A stretch of DNA of 64,000 nucleotides from Podarcis erhardii (taxonomy: Eukaryota), in assembly GCA_964252035.1 (NCBI GenBank), contig OZ176201.1; one strand, 5' to 3'. A model generated the notes under the pieces. That model saw only the letters and a program-made list of their open reading frames with translations, made no database searches and had not been told where the DNA came from. The stretch's first letter is position 1. The number at the start of each line of letters is the position of its first letter. Below are positions 1 to 13,400 of this stretch, one piece after another. Made by a program: the position numbers and the translations under genes.

Positions 1-55
1 CCCTGGGCTAAATGGACCAATGATCTGATTCCCTAACAAGGGAGTTTACCATGCT
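1..55 (+). mobile_element. CR1-like 3' terminal remnant
   Basis: ctgggctaaatggaccaatgatctgatt... resembles the CR1 3' terminal hairpin region. Confidence 0.35.
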
Positions 56-1143
56 GGTTCAGGAACACCGCTTTGGTGAACTGCACTGGGAGCCATGTAC
101 ACACTTCCAGGCACAAACATGCTGCAGCTAAGTAGGTCTGCCCCAAGATGGGAGATCATCTGGGAGCAATCTGCAAGCTTCTCTGAACTCTGCAGCTGAA
201 GAACAGGATACAAATAATGAATAAATAATAAGAAGCTGCTGTTTCCTCCTCTACTCCCTTAACCTCTGTTTGATTTCCCCATACTCGAGATGGCATGCTC
301 CACCTTGCTCCGAGCGCAGATGGTTGAGCAGGCTAATAATAGATCATAAACCTCAGAGAAGCCCAAGGACATGCTGTCTGTGGTTACTTGTTTGTTTTAA
401 ATCAGTGATGGGTGAGCCAGAGACTCAGTCCAGATATTCCAGCTCAGTCAGCACTGATCTCAAGCAGACAGTACTGAGGGACAGAAAATCGGGCTCTTGG
501 CCTTCCTAAACCGATGGGAGATGTCATTTTCTTCTCTCAGCACATGCACAAGAAGTGTGTTTGGTCAGTATTTAAGACAGGGATGAGTAACCAAGTCCCA
601 CCAGTCTCCAGCCAGTTTGCAGAGACAGAGGCTGACAGCAAGTAGGAAAGGGACACCAGAAAATATGAGCAGAATCAGCTGGCGATAGAGGAAGAGGAGG
701 ATGGAAGAAATAACAGCCCCACTACTCTTGGTTGAAAATACAGTGCATGGAAATGTTTCACCTGAACATAGGAAGCAGGTAGTTGAAGTGAAATGTTTGC
801 TTCTGTATATCGTATTTCACTACGGTGCCAAATGGGAAGTATTTCTGGACAAGCTGTGTGAGAGAAATGTTTCTCAGGGCTAGTTGTACAATAGAAACAG
901 AAGAAGGGACTGAGATGTCACAGTGCTACATTCAAAGCCCTATGGTCAGCCATAAAATTCACAATCCCACAAGTGTTTGGAGAAGAGAGAAGCATCATAA
1001 ATCATTTTGGTACATTAAATTACAGCAATTTGCTTGGATCTTTCTGTTTTACATTATGTGCTATTGCCTTATCAGGATCTAGGTTTCCAGAAATCCTAAC
1101 AGTTCAAAACAGCAAACATGATTTTTCTCCCAAAACTTTTACT

Positions 1144-1149
1144 TTTATT
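1144..1149 (-). terminator. Probable TKT polyadenylation signal AATAAA
   Basis: First AATAAA on the minus strand after the stop (~130 nt), followed by a U/GU-rich tract (CATGTTTGCTGTTTTG). Confidence 0.7.
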
Positions 1150-1276
1150 AGAATTCTTCCATTAAAACTCTGTATATAATTTCAACCCTGTTTGAAAGCT
1201 ACAGTGTTTGGTGTTTCTTTTTAACCATCCTTATCCCAAAACACTGCCCCAGAACACAATGGGTGTACAACACAAA

Positions 1277-1464
1277 CTACTCTGCATTCCTTGATTTGGA
1301 CACTGCCACCTTCACAGCCTGGATGATGCCATCCTTATCGATGCCAAACATCCTAAGCAGCTCAGCTGATTTTCCACTTCTTGGTATGTGGGACACAGCC
1401 AAGCGAGTGACTGTGATCCCTGGCTCTCCAACCACAGCCGCAGCGACGGCTTCTCCAATGCCAC
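1277..1464 (-). CDS. TKT: TKT exon 14 coding part (188 nt including TAG)
   Basis: Encodes [61 protein letters not shown]. Confidence 0.98.
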
Positions 1465-4400
1465 CTAGGGAAAGATAATATACAAATGGATGATAAGTCA
1501 AGGCTAACAAGCTTTATTTCTTTGTAAGCAGCTTAATCCAGCCATTTAAAAAGAAAACAATTGGATAGTTCAGAGGGATTGGAAAGGTTGCAAAGTTGTT
1601 TGTCCCATGAGAGGCTTTTGCCTAAAGAGTTTTTCTTCTAAGAAGATTAGTGCTTTGATGCCCAATCAAGACAGCTGATCTCCAAGAGTCCACACAAGCC
1701 ATCCAAGTAGAGTAGTTGGATCATGAAGACACAGCAGATACAAAAATGCTATTTTATAAATGTCTAAAGGAGGACCTGTGGTAAAACGTTGCAGTGTGGA
1801 GTGCTCCTTTTTAGTGTTCCAGCCAGCCAGTTAGCTATGCTTTCCTCCACAAAATTCCATTCCACTACATCATTCCCCTGCCCCTCCACAGCAAACAGTC
1901 AGCATTCTGAGCACAATGAGCTTGTTCATTCCTCAATGGACATCTTTGAGGTTCCTTAGCTATTTCCCCCCAAATATTTTTTTTCTAGGAATGTTGGGGT
2001 TCACCCCAAGCCTGCTGATACCTCCCCATTCTGCAAGGATGGTGCCATTTTGGCTATATAACTAATGGCGCTCATACCCTGAATATCTGAAATAGAGGAA
2101 ACAATGTCTTAGATATGTAGCTTATTAGATGATGTTGGACCCCCATCAGCCCCAACCAACCCCATCAGCCCCAACCAACTAATGGTCAGGGATAACAGAG
2201 TAATATCTGGAGAGCCAGCAGCTCCACTACAACAGCAGGAAATGCAACTCCAACACAACAATGTTTAACTGTTGCAAGAGCACATCCAAGCTAGGATTGC
2301 CATGAGAGAAATCTGTACCATGTATAGGTAGAGCTGAAGCACAGGAACTAGAAAATAATCAGTGTCCATGTAATTCTCATTATCGTTATTAATCACCTTC
2401 CATGTATGTCCAATGCAATATACAAAATATAAAAAACCCTCCAAAGTTAGGAAACAGCACAGAAGAGGAATTTAAAAACAAACAAAAAATGGACACCCAC
2501 GGCAGAGACATATATACAGTACTGAATTTTTTCCCTTTGTTATCATGTGTGTTGACCTACCTTCATAGTAATGGTCTTCCACAGTGATAATTCTGCCTTT
2601 GGTTGCTCTTGCATTTTCAAGTATAGTTTTCTTATCCAGAGGTTTTATAGTGAAAGGGTCAATCACTCTGATGGAAACTTTTTCTGAGAAAAAGAATGGG
2701 AACAGAATTATGCACCAGAGCATGTGGCTCAACAAAACAGAGGACAGGGGACTCACTAATGTTTAACGTTTCATACACATTTATTAAAGCATCCCAACGG
2801 AGTCTTTGAAACCACTAAGTATTTGGGTTCTAAGAATGGCCAGAATACGGTCAAAAACAAGCTGACTGATAACTAAACGTAAGCCTTACATTCTCGTTTT
2901 GTCATTCCCTAGAATGAGGACACTCATGACCCACTTCCAAGGACCTTTACTATGATAATTGATCCCCAGAAGAATTAAGACACCCAGAAGCTATCGTATG
3001 GAATATTTAAAGAACTAGATAGCACAAGGTCATCATTCAGCTTCAGTCTTCTTAAAGCACAGCTGCCTGCTCATTTATCCAATGGCTATAATTGCATTAA
3101 CTTATTAGTACTATCATCTTGTGGACTTCTCAATAGTGAGATTTCCTTTATTCCACCAAAAGTTATGTTGGAGAATGCCAATAGTCTTGGATAATCATGG
3201 CCCAGTACACTTCCAATACTAAAATGATGATATCTGGAATAAAATGAGTAGCAACACATGTGTTTTAAGGAGCAAAATGAGGATGGGAATATGTGAACTA
3301 CTGCCAGTTAGGTAGCCTGTAACTGAAAGTGTTCAGGTATGGTGCAACCTGTATGTTTCAGGAAAGGTGACATTTCATCTACTGTCAAGCAAACCATGGT
3401 TTACTTATCCAGGACTATCCATCTAATAAGATCTTGTGCAGATGCAATATTCCTAATCAATATACCACATGCTCACTGACTTCTCCTTTCCCTCCTTCCC
3501 TTTCATCCATGGTTCGTCTTGTACATGCACTGCATTGAGGCTGATCATAGTTACTCCGAACCAGGGTGACCTCAAGTGTTTAGAACCAGTTTGCATCAGA
3601 TTCACCAGACCCTGTCAAAAGGGAATCTAGTTAGCTATTCTTAACAGTGATGTTAGTGGTGTAATGTTACACCATTATTAAACAAACCATGGAAATTCAC
3701 AAGGAAGAGAGGCCATACAAATCCATATCACATTTCCAGTCTCTATTGTTCGTACCAGGGCTACGTTGCTACAGATAAGGTACATGTTTGGGTTTGATTT
3801 TATATATTAAACTAACATTTTTCTTGTTTTGTTTTTTTAAAATAGACTTAAGGCTCCAAGGAAAGGTGTAGTAATTAGATTACACTTCTAAAGAATTTCC
3901 TATCCCCCCCCCTTTATAGCCCTCATGTTCTTCCCTACAAGATGGCTGGTGTGCATTTCTCAAAAGAGTTTGGTGTAATCACCTCTCTTCAGTTGCTCAG
4001 CTGCAGCCAGTGCCTCATGCAGAGTTACTCCTGCTCCAATAACCGTGACCTGGTCATCTTTGCTCTTGAATACCACCTGATAACAATAGTAAAACAAAGA
4101 ATTAGAGAAAGTTCTAGATTTACTGGAAAAAGCTAGTAAAAATCACAATGTTCAATGACTACGTTCTTGTAGTTCAAGTCTTTTAGCAACTTTCAAAATG
4201 GCGCTCACCTTGGCTTGTCCAACATGGAAATCCTCATTGCTGCCGTAGATCACGGCATTTTCTGGACGACTGGTTCGTATGAAACAGATGCCCTGTTTTC
4301 AAAATGAACACAGGAGAGATTGTAACACCCACAATATCCCATGGAATTAAACTTCAAAACGGAAAAAAGCATTTAAAAGTCCAAACACCAAAATTAGTCT

Positions 4401-7400
4401 TTTTAAAGCTGAGCGTGTCTAGTTCTGGATGGGTTACCACCCAGGTATTATAAGCATGACACCTTGGGTTCAATAACAGAAGAAAAGTGAGGTATAAATG
4501 GAATGAAATAAACAGATAACCAACAATGAAACTCTAACAAATTCACAGCAATGGGCCAGACCCTTCCCTATATGCCTCTGCAACAGAAGTGAGCAAACTT
4601 CAGATTTGGAGGCAATAATGGGCCAGATCCTTATCTTTCCCCCATCCCTATGCAGCAACTGTCAATCATCTGAGGTCATGAGGATGCCAGGCGATTGACA
4701 CCTGCCAAAAGTCTCTTGCACATTTCCTTCCTAATGCCCACTGCACTTGGGAAGAGCTGCACAATGAGGAGTCCCAATGCTACCTATCCTCCATCTGATG
4801 TCATATATGATGTCAGGTGTAAGGCTTGCCTGAAATGAACTTGCAGGCTAAATGGGGAGGGCCAGCAGGTTCCCCACCCTTGATCTAAAACTCCCAAGCA
4901 AGCACCCTGCGGAAGAGTTGCAGACCTTTGTATTTGCAGCCAATTCCACTGCCTTTTCAGTGGATACAGCATCACTAGGGTAAAATACAGTTGAATTGGG
5001 AATGGCACGGAACATGCACAGATCTTCCAGCCCCATCTGTGAAGGTCCATCTTCACCTAGAAAAGAGATGGTTTAGGGGCGGGGGGTTAAAGAAAAATAT
5101 CAGTGTCGAAAAGTGAACAAACTTCTCTGTATACTTCTTAAAACAAAAGGCATCCAAAATAAATATAAGGCACTCACAGGACATGGAAGGCTACCTACCC
5201 TCTTCTGCTTAAACTTGGAAATAGCAAAGAAAGAAGATAGAAGGAAACTAAAAAGAAAGAAAACTAGGGTTATAAAGAAAAATCATGGAAAAATGCAGAC
5301 ATAAATGGTAACTAAAACAATAAAGCAGAAACTAAATCACCACTACCCACAGAGGCAAAAGGAGAAGGAAAAGGGATATAGGGCTACATACATGAGTACA
5401 GAAATGAAAGGAAATAAATAGACGATTTTAGCCAACTGGCAAAAGAAAAATGTACAAGGTGACAGTAGGCATGTCTCAATTATTGGTGGAACACAGAAGA
5501 ATTCATGATTCTATCAGAATGTCCCATTCTGGGAGGGGGCACTTGAAGCTCATAAGAAGCTTACTTTTCAGCGAAGATTGGCTTAATGAAACCCACAGAG
5601 AGATGCATTATAATTAGGGATATATTTGGGTGTGTGGCTGTGGGTGTGTAGAGCAGTGAATGGCACAGTTCTAATTCCTCCAGGGCCAGCAGTAGGAAAA
5701 GCTGTGGATGCACTTGTGCCCTTCTGGTAGAGAAGTATTTACAGGAAACCAGTTAGAAGAACTGAGTGCATTTTTTCCAACTTCTACTTGGTTGAACTGA
5801 CTTGTGAACACTGTCTGCCTTAAAAAGCAGCCAGAGGGCCACTCCAAAGTCATTTTTTTAAAATGTGGAATAGTGTTTGCTTCCTGTTTCAGTACAATTG
5901 CCACACAGGATGCAGTAAGAGTTACGGAAATGGTACTACCACATCCTTAATATATATACCTATTTAGTCAAGGACCCCAAAAAGCCCCAGTCGGTTGTGC
6001 ATCTCTGCATTTTAATAAACTTGAGGGGGTAGAGGTTTGTCTCATCATTGGAACTTAAGATCCCATTCCTGATAAGGGCAAGGATTGAACCTGCAGCCTC
6101 CTACATACAAACACACACTTCAGAAGTAGGCGAAGCTTTTATCCTGATGGCTGTGAGAGTTCTACTGAAATAAGATCTTGGCATGTGCAAAAAACAAAAG
6201 CACATGTCCCACCCTACAAACAGTAATAGAATGTGTGCACTGAAATATACACCAGCACCTGTACTTAAAAGAGGGCTTCACTGTACTGTCGAAGAAGCAA
6301 CTGGAAATTCTTTGAAGAGAAGCACAAGTGGCAAGTGGTGTTAGAAAGAATCTGAGGCTAATTAATGGCTAAAGCGAGCAACCTGAACATGCGACAGCAC
6401 TGAGAGACAAGTATAGCAAAGCCCAAGCTGAAAATTCCTGAACCACTGCCAAGCTGTTCAGGCTTCACTGCTTACATTTCCAGTGCAAACTCTGAGTGCA
6501 GCATGAGCAATACTTAAGCCAATAAGGAAACTTCCACTGTGCTTTCCAAAGCTCAGATTTAAGAAGAAATTTGTGATAAGCCACTTGCAGTTCTAATCAG
6601 CTTTTAGTATGGTATCATTACTGAACCATACACTTTGTCAATGAGCTATGAAGGAACAATATTGCTCCCAAAGATCTGGCAGCTGCTGGCAAAGGTGATT
6701 TATACTCACATCTATCAGACAAAACACTGTTCATAATAACCCAATTTGCACACACCCCTAAGGCAAATTATGTCTTGGCCAGAACGAGCAAGCATGCAGG
6801 TACCCAGAGTGAAAATTATGGCTACTTTGCTTATCTCTGGTCATGCTATTTCACTGTTTGTAGCTAAACCAGGGTTTGGCTTAGGGTTACATTTGAACAC
6901 AGACTTGAGGCTTGTCTCTCCCAAATAACCAAGGTTTTTGCTTGGTATAAACTCTGGTTTCTTGGGAGTGAGACTAACCACAAGCATAAGTTTACACAAA
7001 ATGCTAAATTAAATCCTGTATTTGGCTCATGGCAGTGCAGCAGAACCAGGGGAACAACAAAGTGCATCAGTTTTCATGCTGGGCACCCACATGCTTGCTT
7101 ATTCTTGCTAAGTCATAGTCTGGTTTAGTATTATGTACAAACAAGGTCATTATCCATATAGCAATAATAGAATAAAAGCTTGGGGGAAAAGCTTGCTTTG
7201 CTGTTTTAATTTTGTTGGGTATAGCCAGAGCATCCTGCACGTTGACACAATGCTAAAGTGTAATGGTCATTTGGAACTAAATGAGAATACATAGCATTTT
7301 CTAGCACATGTTGGAACAATCTCTGATACATCCAAAACTCACTTTATTTGTCTCTAATGTATACATAGAATGTCTATTGTAGGCAGATCAACTATGTGAG

Positions 7401-10400
7401 GTTTGAAAAGCACACTTTGGTCAAAGGACTTAGCAGACCATCAGTTTTACAAGCCTCATTTCCTCTATGATGCAACAAGTGATATCATATAAAAAGCAGA
7501 GAATAAAATTTGTAGACTATGATAATAAGGTAGGGGGGAGAGATTCCTACAGAATTTTGAAATTACTTCCACTTCATGGGTAAAGCAAAGTTTAGATTTG
7601 AATATTTGTTTCAAACTCATACGGAGTTAAAACTTTAACCATGCCCCTTAGTTTTATGAGCTGTCTGTGTGCCTGCATATGGGAGACTAAGGCAATCTGC
7701 TGAATAAATTTAAAGACGCTTACCAATGGATACACCGCAGTGAGATCCACAGAGGTTGATGTTGCTCTCGGAAATTGCTGCCATGCGGATCTGATCATAT
7801 GCCCTGGTGTAAAATGTGGCAAAGGTGCTGGCAAACACAATGTTTCTGTCCCGGGTTGCACAACCAACGCCAACGCTCACCTGTAATGGGGGGCGGGGTG
7901 GAGCAGATTAACCAGTTCCAGCAAAATGTGAGTGCTACATACTGAGTTAGCTAAATGTTTTATGCCTATATAAACTATATACATTTTATATATTTATATT
8001 CTTCCTCTGAGGAGAAGTTCAGGACAGTATACAAAGCTCTTCCCTTCTCCCTACGTTATCCTTACAACAAGGTAGAGAAAGATGGGAGTGACTCAAGATC
8101 AACTGGTAAGTTGATTCATCCATTAGATGAATGAACTTGGGTCTCCATGCTCTTGGTCCAATGGCTACGTCACTAATTGACTAATAGGGCTGGAGTGCAT
8201 AGAGGAGTGGGAAAGGAAATAAGAGTTACATGTGCCGACAGAATGATCATAGCAGTGCAACCTGCTCTCATGCACATGTTTGTGGCGCACGAAATGTGCT
8301 TAAGCTCCTCAAGAAATTGGAAGAAGAAGAAGAAGAGGAGGAGGAGGAGGAGTTTGGATTTGATATCCCGCCTTTCACTCCCCTTCAGGAGTCTCAAAGT
8401 GGCTAACATTCTCCTTTCCCTTCCTCCCCCACAACAAACACTCTGTGAGGTGAGTGAGGCTGAGAGACTTCAGAGAAGTGTGACTAGCCCAAGGTCACCC
8501 AGCAGCTGCATGTGGAGGAGCGGAGACGCGAACCCGGTTCCCCAGATTACAAGACTACCGCTCTTAACCACTACACCACACAGGAAGTAATGGCTCTGGT
8601 TGCAACAGCCTGATCTGCAGAGCTCTGAAGCAGAAGCTCTCTGACAATGGTAGGCTGGATATAGGGAGAGCAGCAGCAAGCTGTCCAAGGCCTGAGGGAA
8701 AGGAGAAACAGGGCAGGAGACGCTCTGAAAGAGGTGGGAGGGAAAGAGAAGGTTAACCATGGGGCTGAAAGAGGAGGAGAACTATGGGGCTGATGCACTA
8801 TGAAATGTGCCCTTGAATCAACCTGGCCGTTGCATGTTGCAGTGTACCTAGAAACCCTAAGCCCCTGGTTCCCAACATGGGGCACACGCCCCACAGGGGG
8901 CAATTTGATTTTTAAGGGGGGCAATTTGAGAATGAGTTAGACCAAGTTAATGGCCTTTTAGCTTCCTCCATGTGAACAGGAGTTCCCTTTTTGAATACAG
9001 TAATAAGAATTATATTCAAAGAATTATATTATATTCAAATTATATTTGAATTATATTATATTATTATATTATATTATATTATATTCAAAGAATTATATTC
9101 AAACACATCCTGGGGAGGATCAGGATTTTAGAGATGTTTAGGTGGGGCATGCCCCCCCCCCAAAAGGTTGGGAACCACTGCTCTAAGCTCTTTAGGACAT
9201 TGTATCTAACCAAGTCATCCTCAGAGCAGAGCCACCGAAATCAAAGGACAGCACTAACTTGAGTCTATTGATTTCAAAGGGTCTGCTTCAAGGATGACTT
9301 AGTTGAATACGAAACCTCATTTATAAAGGTAGGGTAATGGCAATGGTTTAATTATGAGAGTGAGAATTTATCCAAAAAAAACCCTGCTTAGTTTGAAGGA
9401 AGAAACAAACGAAGAAACACCCAAACAAACCACCTTACCATGTTTTGTTCAGCGATGTAGCATTCAATGAAACGGCTGGGGTGCTCTTTTTTGAAAAGCT
9501 CAGAGAAAGTGGAATTTTTGGTATCCCCATCCAAAGCAACCACACGGTCACAGGCATGGCCCAGTTTGGCAAGGGCCAAGCCATAAGCTTTGCGAGTAGC
9601 AAACTGTGGAGAGGAAAAGGACATAGATGCCCCGTTTTCATTATGTTCAATTATTCTGTTATGCTGCAACTGCGAATCTCATAAATAAAAACCTTCAAAA
9701 ATGAGTCCAAGACAAAACTCTGCATGACCAATATTACACTGAAGAGTTTCAAAGAATCTCTAATGTCCCCCTGTATGTTATAGTATGTCACATCAATACC
9801 TTATACTTAAAGCCAACATTTTAAATGTTTACCATTCTGATCCTAAGCATAAAGATTGTCATAGCTAACTGAAGCATCTATAATATGTCCTTGCAATCCT
9901 GGTTAACTTCAAGCTTTCTGGTGTTATGCTAGTAGTACAAGGGTCTTTATGCCTCTAGTCATCAAACACATCACAGCTGAAGTAGAAAGACCTAGGAAAA
10001 GGCCTCAGGGGAAACTGTGCTGAGAGAAGCCAGGTTGTCCTCATACGGTCACACCAAGTGCAGTGTTGTCCTTTACTTGACTAAAAGCTAGCCATGGGAA
10101 CACAACCAGCGCTTCCCTAGAGAAGTGGAAACCCCAAACCACCCTTTCTCCTTCTGTCTCTGTTTACTTTGGCATCTAAGAGTTTCCATAAGGTTTTTGT
10201 CTGCAGGCTCAGGTAAGATTTCCATGCTCTTCAAATCTGAGGACAGGGAGAGAGAGACTGGTAAGTCTTCCTTTTCCTCTCCCATTTGCTGCATCAGTTC
10301 AGCTGCCTGACAGCTATAACTTGCTCTGCATCACAGCAGGTGAAGGAGACAACTGGCCAGTCATGTGACTTTGCCACCACTAGACAAGAGGGACAGGCAA

Positions 10401-13400
10401 ACTCTCTACCTGGTTCATTCTTAAAGAAACAAAAAGTCTGCCTGGGTCTAGAAATGGCAACCAAATTTGATCAGGATGTATCCCTTCCAGCCTGAAGTAG
10501 GGACCTGCAGCCTTCACTTGCAGCTATCCTGAATGTGCAAGACATCTCATGTGTGATGGCTCCACAAGTCCCATTCTTAGTAGTTACCTTAGAAGTGACT
10601 CACTAGAATTATGGCCTCGCCTTTTAAACAGGCATGAAGTAAAACATTTGCTTTGAGACTCACATGTACAAGATCAAGTTTGGCTCATCTTCAATAGTTT
10701 GAAATAGCATTTACTCTTCTCCCAAAAGGTTGACATTTTGAATGGGCATTTTGCTACTATGATGAATTAATTACAATTGGAACTCCACTGAGTAGGCAGC
10801 TGAATGTCATCTGGAATATTTTACAGAATTCTGGACTGAAAGTTGTTTATTCTTATTAATCAACTTCATAAAAAACGCAGTTCCCAGAATAGTGAGCAAA
10901 AGCACCTTTCCAATCGCAAATATAAACCTAAGCTAGAATTGCTTGAGGAAAACAGAGAAAGACCATCATACCTTCTCTCCTAACTTGTAATTTGGTGGTG
11001 AAGGCATCTTGACATTTCTGATGCTGACAACTGGTGCGTCTTCTTGTGGAAGGGCTGGCGAAAGCTTTTTCTTGTTCTGGATTCTATCATCAATCTCTGA
11101 AATGACTTGCTCAGCCATGTTTCTGGGAAGAGGTTTGCCATGCCAGTTTTCCTTATCCTCAACACCTGCGGATTACCATACACATAATTAAAAAAAGGAA
11201 TTAAGTTAAATACAATACACTTTCTCAAAGTGCCAAAATCAGCAGCTTCTTCTGAGTTAGGCCCAAGTAAGCTAATAAGGTTATTTGCAAATGCAAACAT
11301 CTTCCTATGAGGTTTAAGCTAGCAATGCCTTAGCCTGCCTCATTCCTGTTACTGTATTCCTTTGATCCTGCAGAAAGTCTCCTGACACACTCTTCCCTGG
11401 TGTTCCTACAGCTGAATTCCTTCTCCCTCCCCATTATACTCCCGGTTCCATTATTCAAAGATGCTGATGCTGAGCCAGTCATGAGAGTGTCATACTAAGA
11501 CTGGAAATACCTGGGTTAAAATCCCCACTCACCCTCCCCCCACTCATCCAATGTCACTATCATTCAGCCTGACTTACTTCACAGAACTGCTTTGAGTTTA
11601 AAATTGGGAAGCAGGGGAAGGAGATTCCTGAGCTTCTCCAAGGACCTAGCAATCAGTTAATAAAAATATAGTCCTAGTAATTCCTCCCTTCATCTTCTTG
11701 TCACCTCCTTTCTAGAGTAATCTCCTTTGGTGCTTGGGCCCACTAGAATGACAATATAACACACACATCAGCATCAGTTAAGTTACAACATAAATGCATA
11801 TTGCTATTATCCCTTTTTGGCCTCTCTTAGTCCTCTTTAGATCATGAGCCTCTGCAACACGTATCATCACAATTTTGCTTCTGCAATACTGCTAGCTAAA
11901 CCCTTGGAGCAGGTTGCACTATGTGTTCAAGTAAATGAATAAAATCAAGCCAGCAAATCAATAACCTTGACTGCAATAATGACATGCTAGGTATTCTGTA
12001 ATTAAGGACCTGAATAAGCAGGCACTCTGTGCAAGCACGAAACGTCTCTTTGCTTCGGGAAAGAGCATCAGACAGACTGAGCTCTCACAGTAACAGGAGC
12101 TAAATACTGGATTCTTTTCGCCATACAGAAGTCTCACAGAATGGCAGCATTTGTTCCTGAAAAATGACAAATATCCTAAGTTTATTTAGCTATTTTTGAA
12201 ATGGCTTAAGCCAGCTGATGGATGCACAAGATTAAAAATGTAACATAATGGGGAGGAGGGGGGAATACATGATAAATGCATAGTGGCACAAACCCCCAGT
12301 TGCCTAGCGCAAAGAGATTCATTATTCATTGTGATTTCAGCTGGTTCTCTACCAGAGCAGAAAGGAATTCACATCCTTGCACGTATCCAAATTCAGCAGA
12401 TGTGCCTGGGCTTTATTTAATTTTTAATGGGCACAGACTGCCAAGCAGGCAGGAGGAGCACAAAGATCTCTGCTGCACGGCTAATGAAACATTTGATGTG
12501 TCCTGCCACTTGTGACAGCTCACAATTCATACTGGAGAGCCAAGCAGAAGATGATTCCTACCTACTATTTACCAAAAAGTGGCAGATTCCTTAACGTGAA
12601 GCAGGAGGAAAAGCACAAGAGATATTTTGAAGGCTAACTCAAACTTCATTTGACATAAATATATGATATGAGTGAGCATCTCATTCATATTTAACAACTA
12701 CTGAATTTTTTAAAAAAATGTCCATGTGATTCTCTTGAAGTAGTACGTTGATTTATGGTTTGAATACTGCACACTCTACTTTTCCTGATGGCTTCATAAT
12801 TGGACCATAACCATTCTCAGGAATATGGAAGTACATATACAGGCATTCTCCTTTATGCTTCCTCATCCCCCTTGAATTGAGCCTAAACTTCTATTTTATT
12901 TAGCTTTGCATCTCAGCACCATGCTTGACACTTTTGTAGCATATTTATTGCACAAAAATCTTTTCCTTTACAATAATCAATGAGTTATGCTCCCTTAAGA
13001 ACAGGGCTTTTAAAAAGATTTCTGCTTAATATCCCAGATTGATCAAATTTTATGTAATTTGTGTGGAAGACTATTATTCAAGTCCTGAGGTATGCTAATC
13101 AGGTTTGTTTAGTGTTTTGATTTGCTTTTGATTTTGTGGTGTATATAAATCTGGCTAAATAACATCAGATATAGCAAAGGGTTATGTTGATATGAAGAAT
13201 AATTTACAGCTAAAGCTTGGTGTGAAAAGAAAAGGCTTAGAGTTCAGACCTAGTGTTTCCCACTATGGCACATACTGTGTCACCTTATAGGCAGGGATAG
13301 ACAACATGGTGTCCTTCAACCCCAGCCCACATGACCAACGCTGGTGACGTAGGAAAGGGGTGCGGTAAATGCGGGCCGCCCCAGGTTTCATCACTGGGGG

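Noticed and set aside
1-1100. PRKCD or other gene exons downstream of TKT
   Set aside because: No recognisable coding sequence; the short ORFs are random.
5888-6048. Possible C/D snoRNA (ATGATGA...CTGA on the minus strand)
   Set aside because: No terminal stem and no recognisable guide; similar box C hits at 13387 and 29962 lack a suitable D box or lie in TEs.
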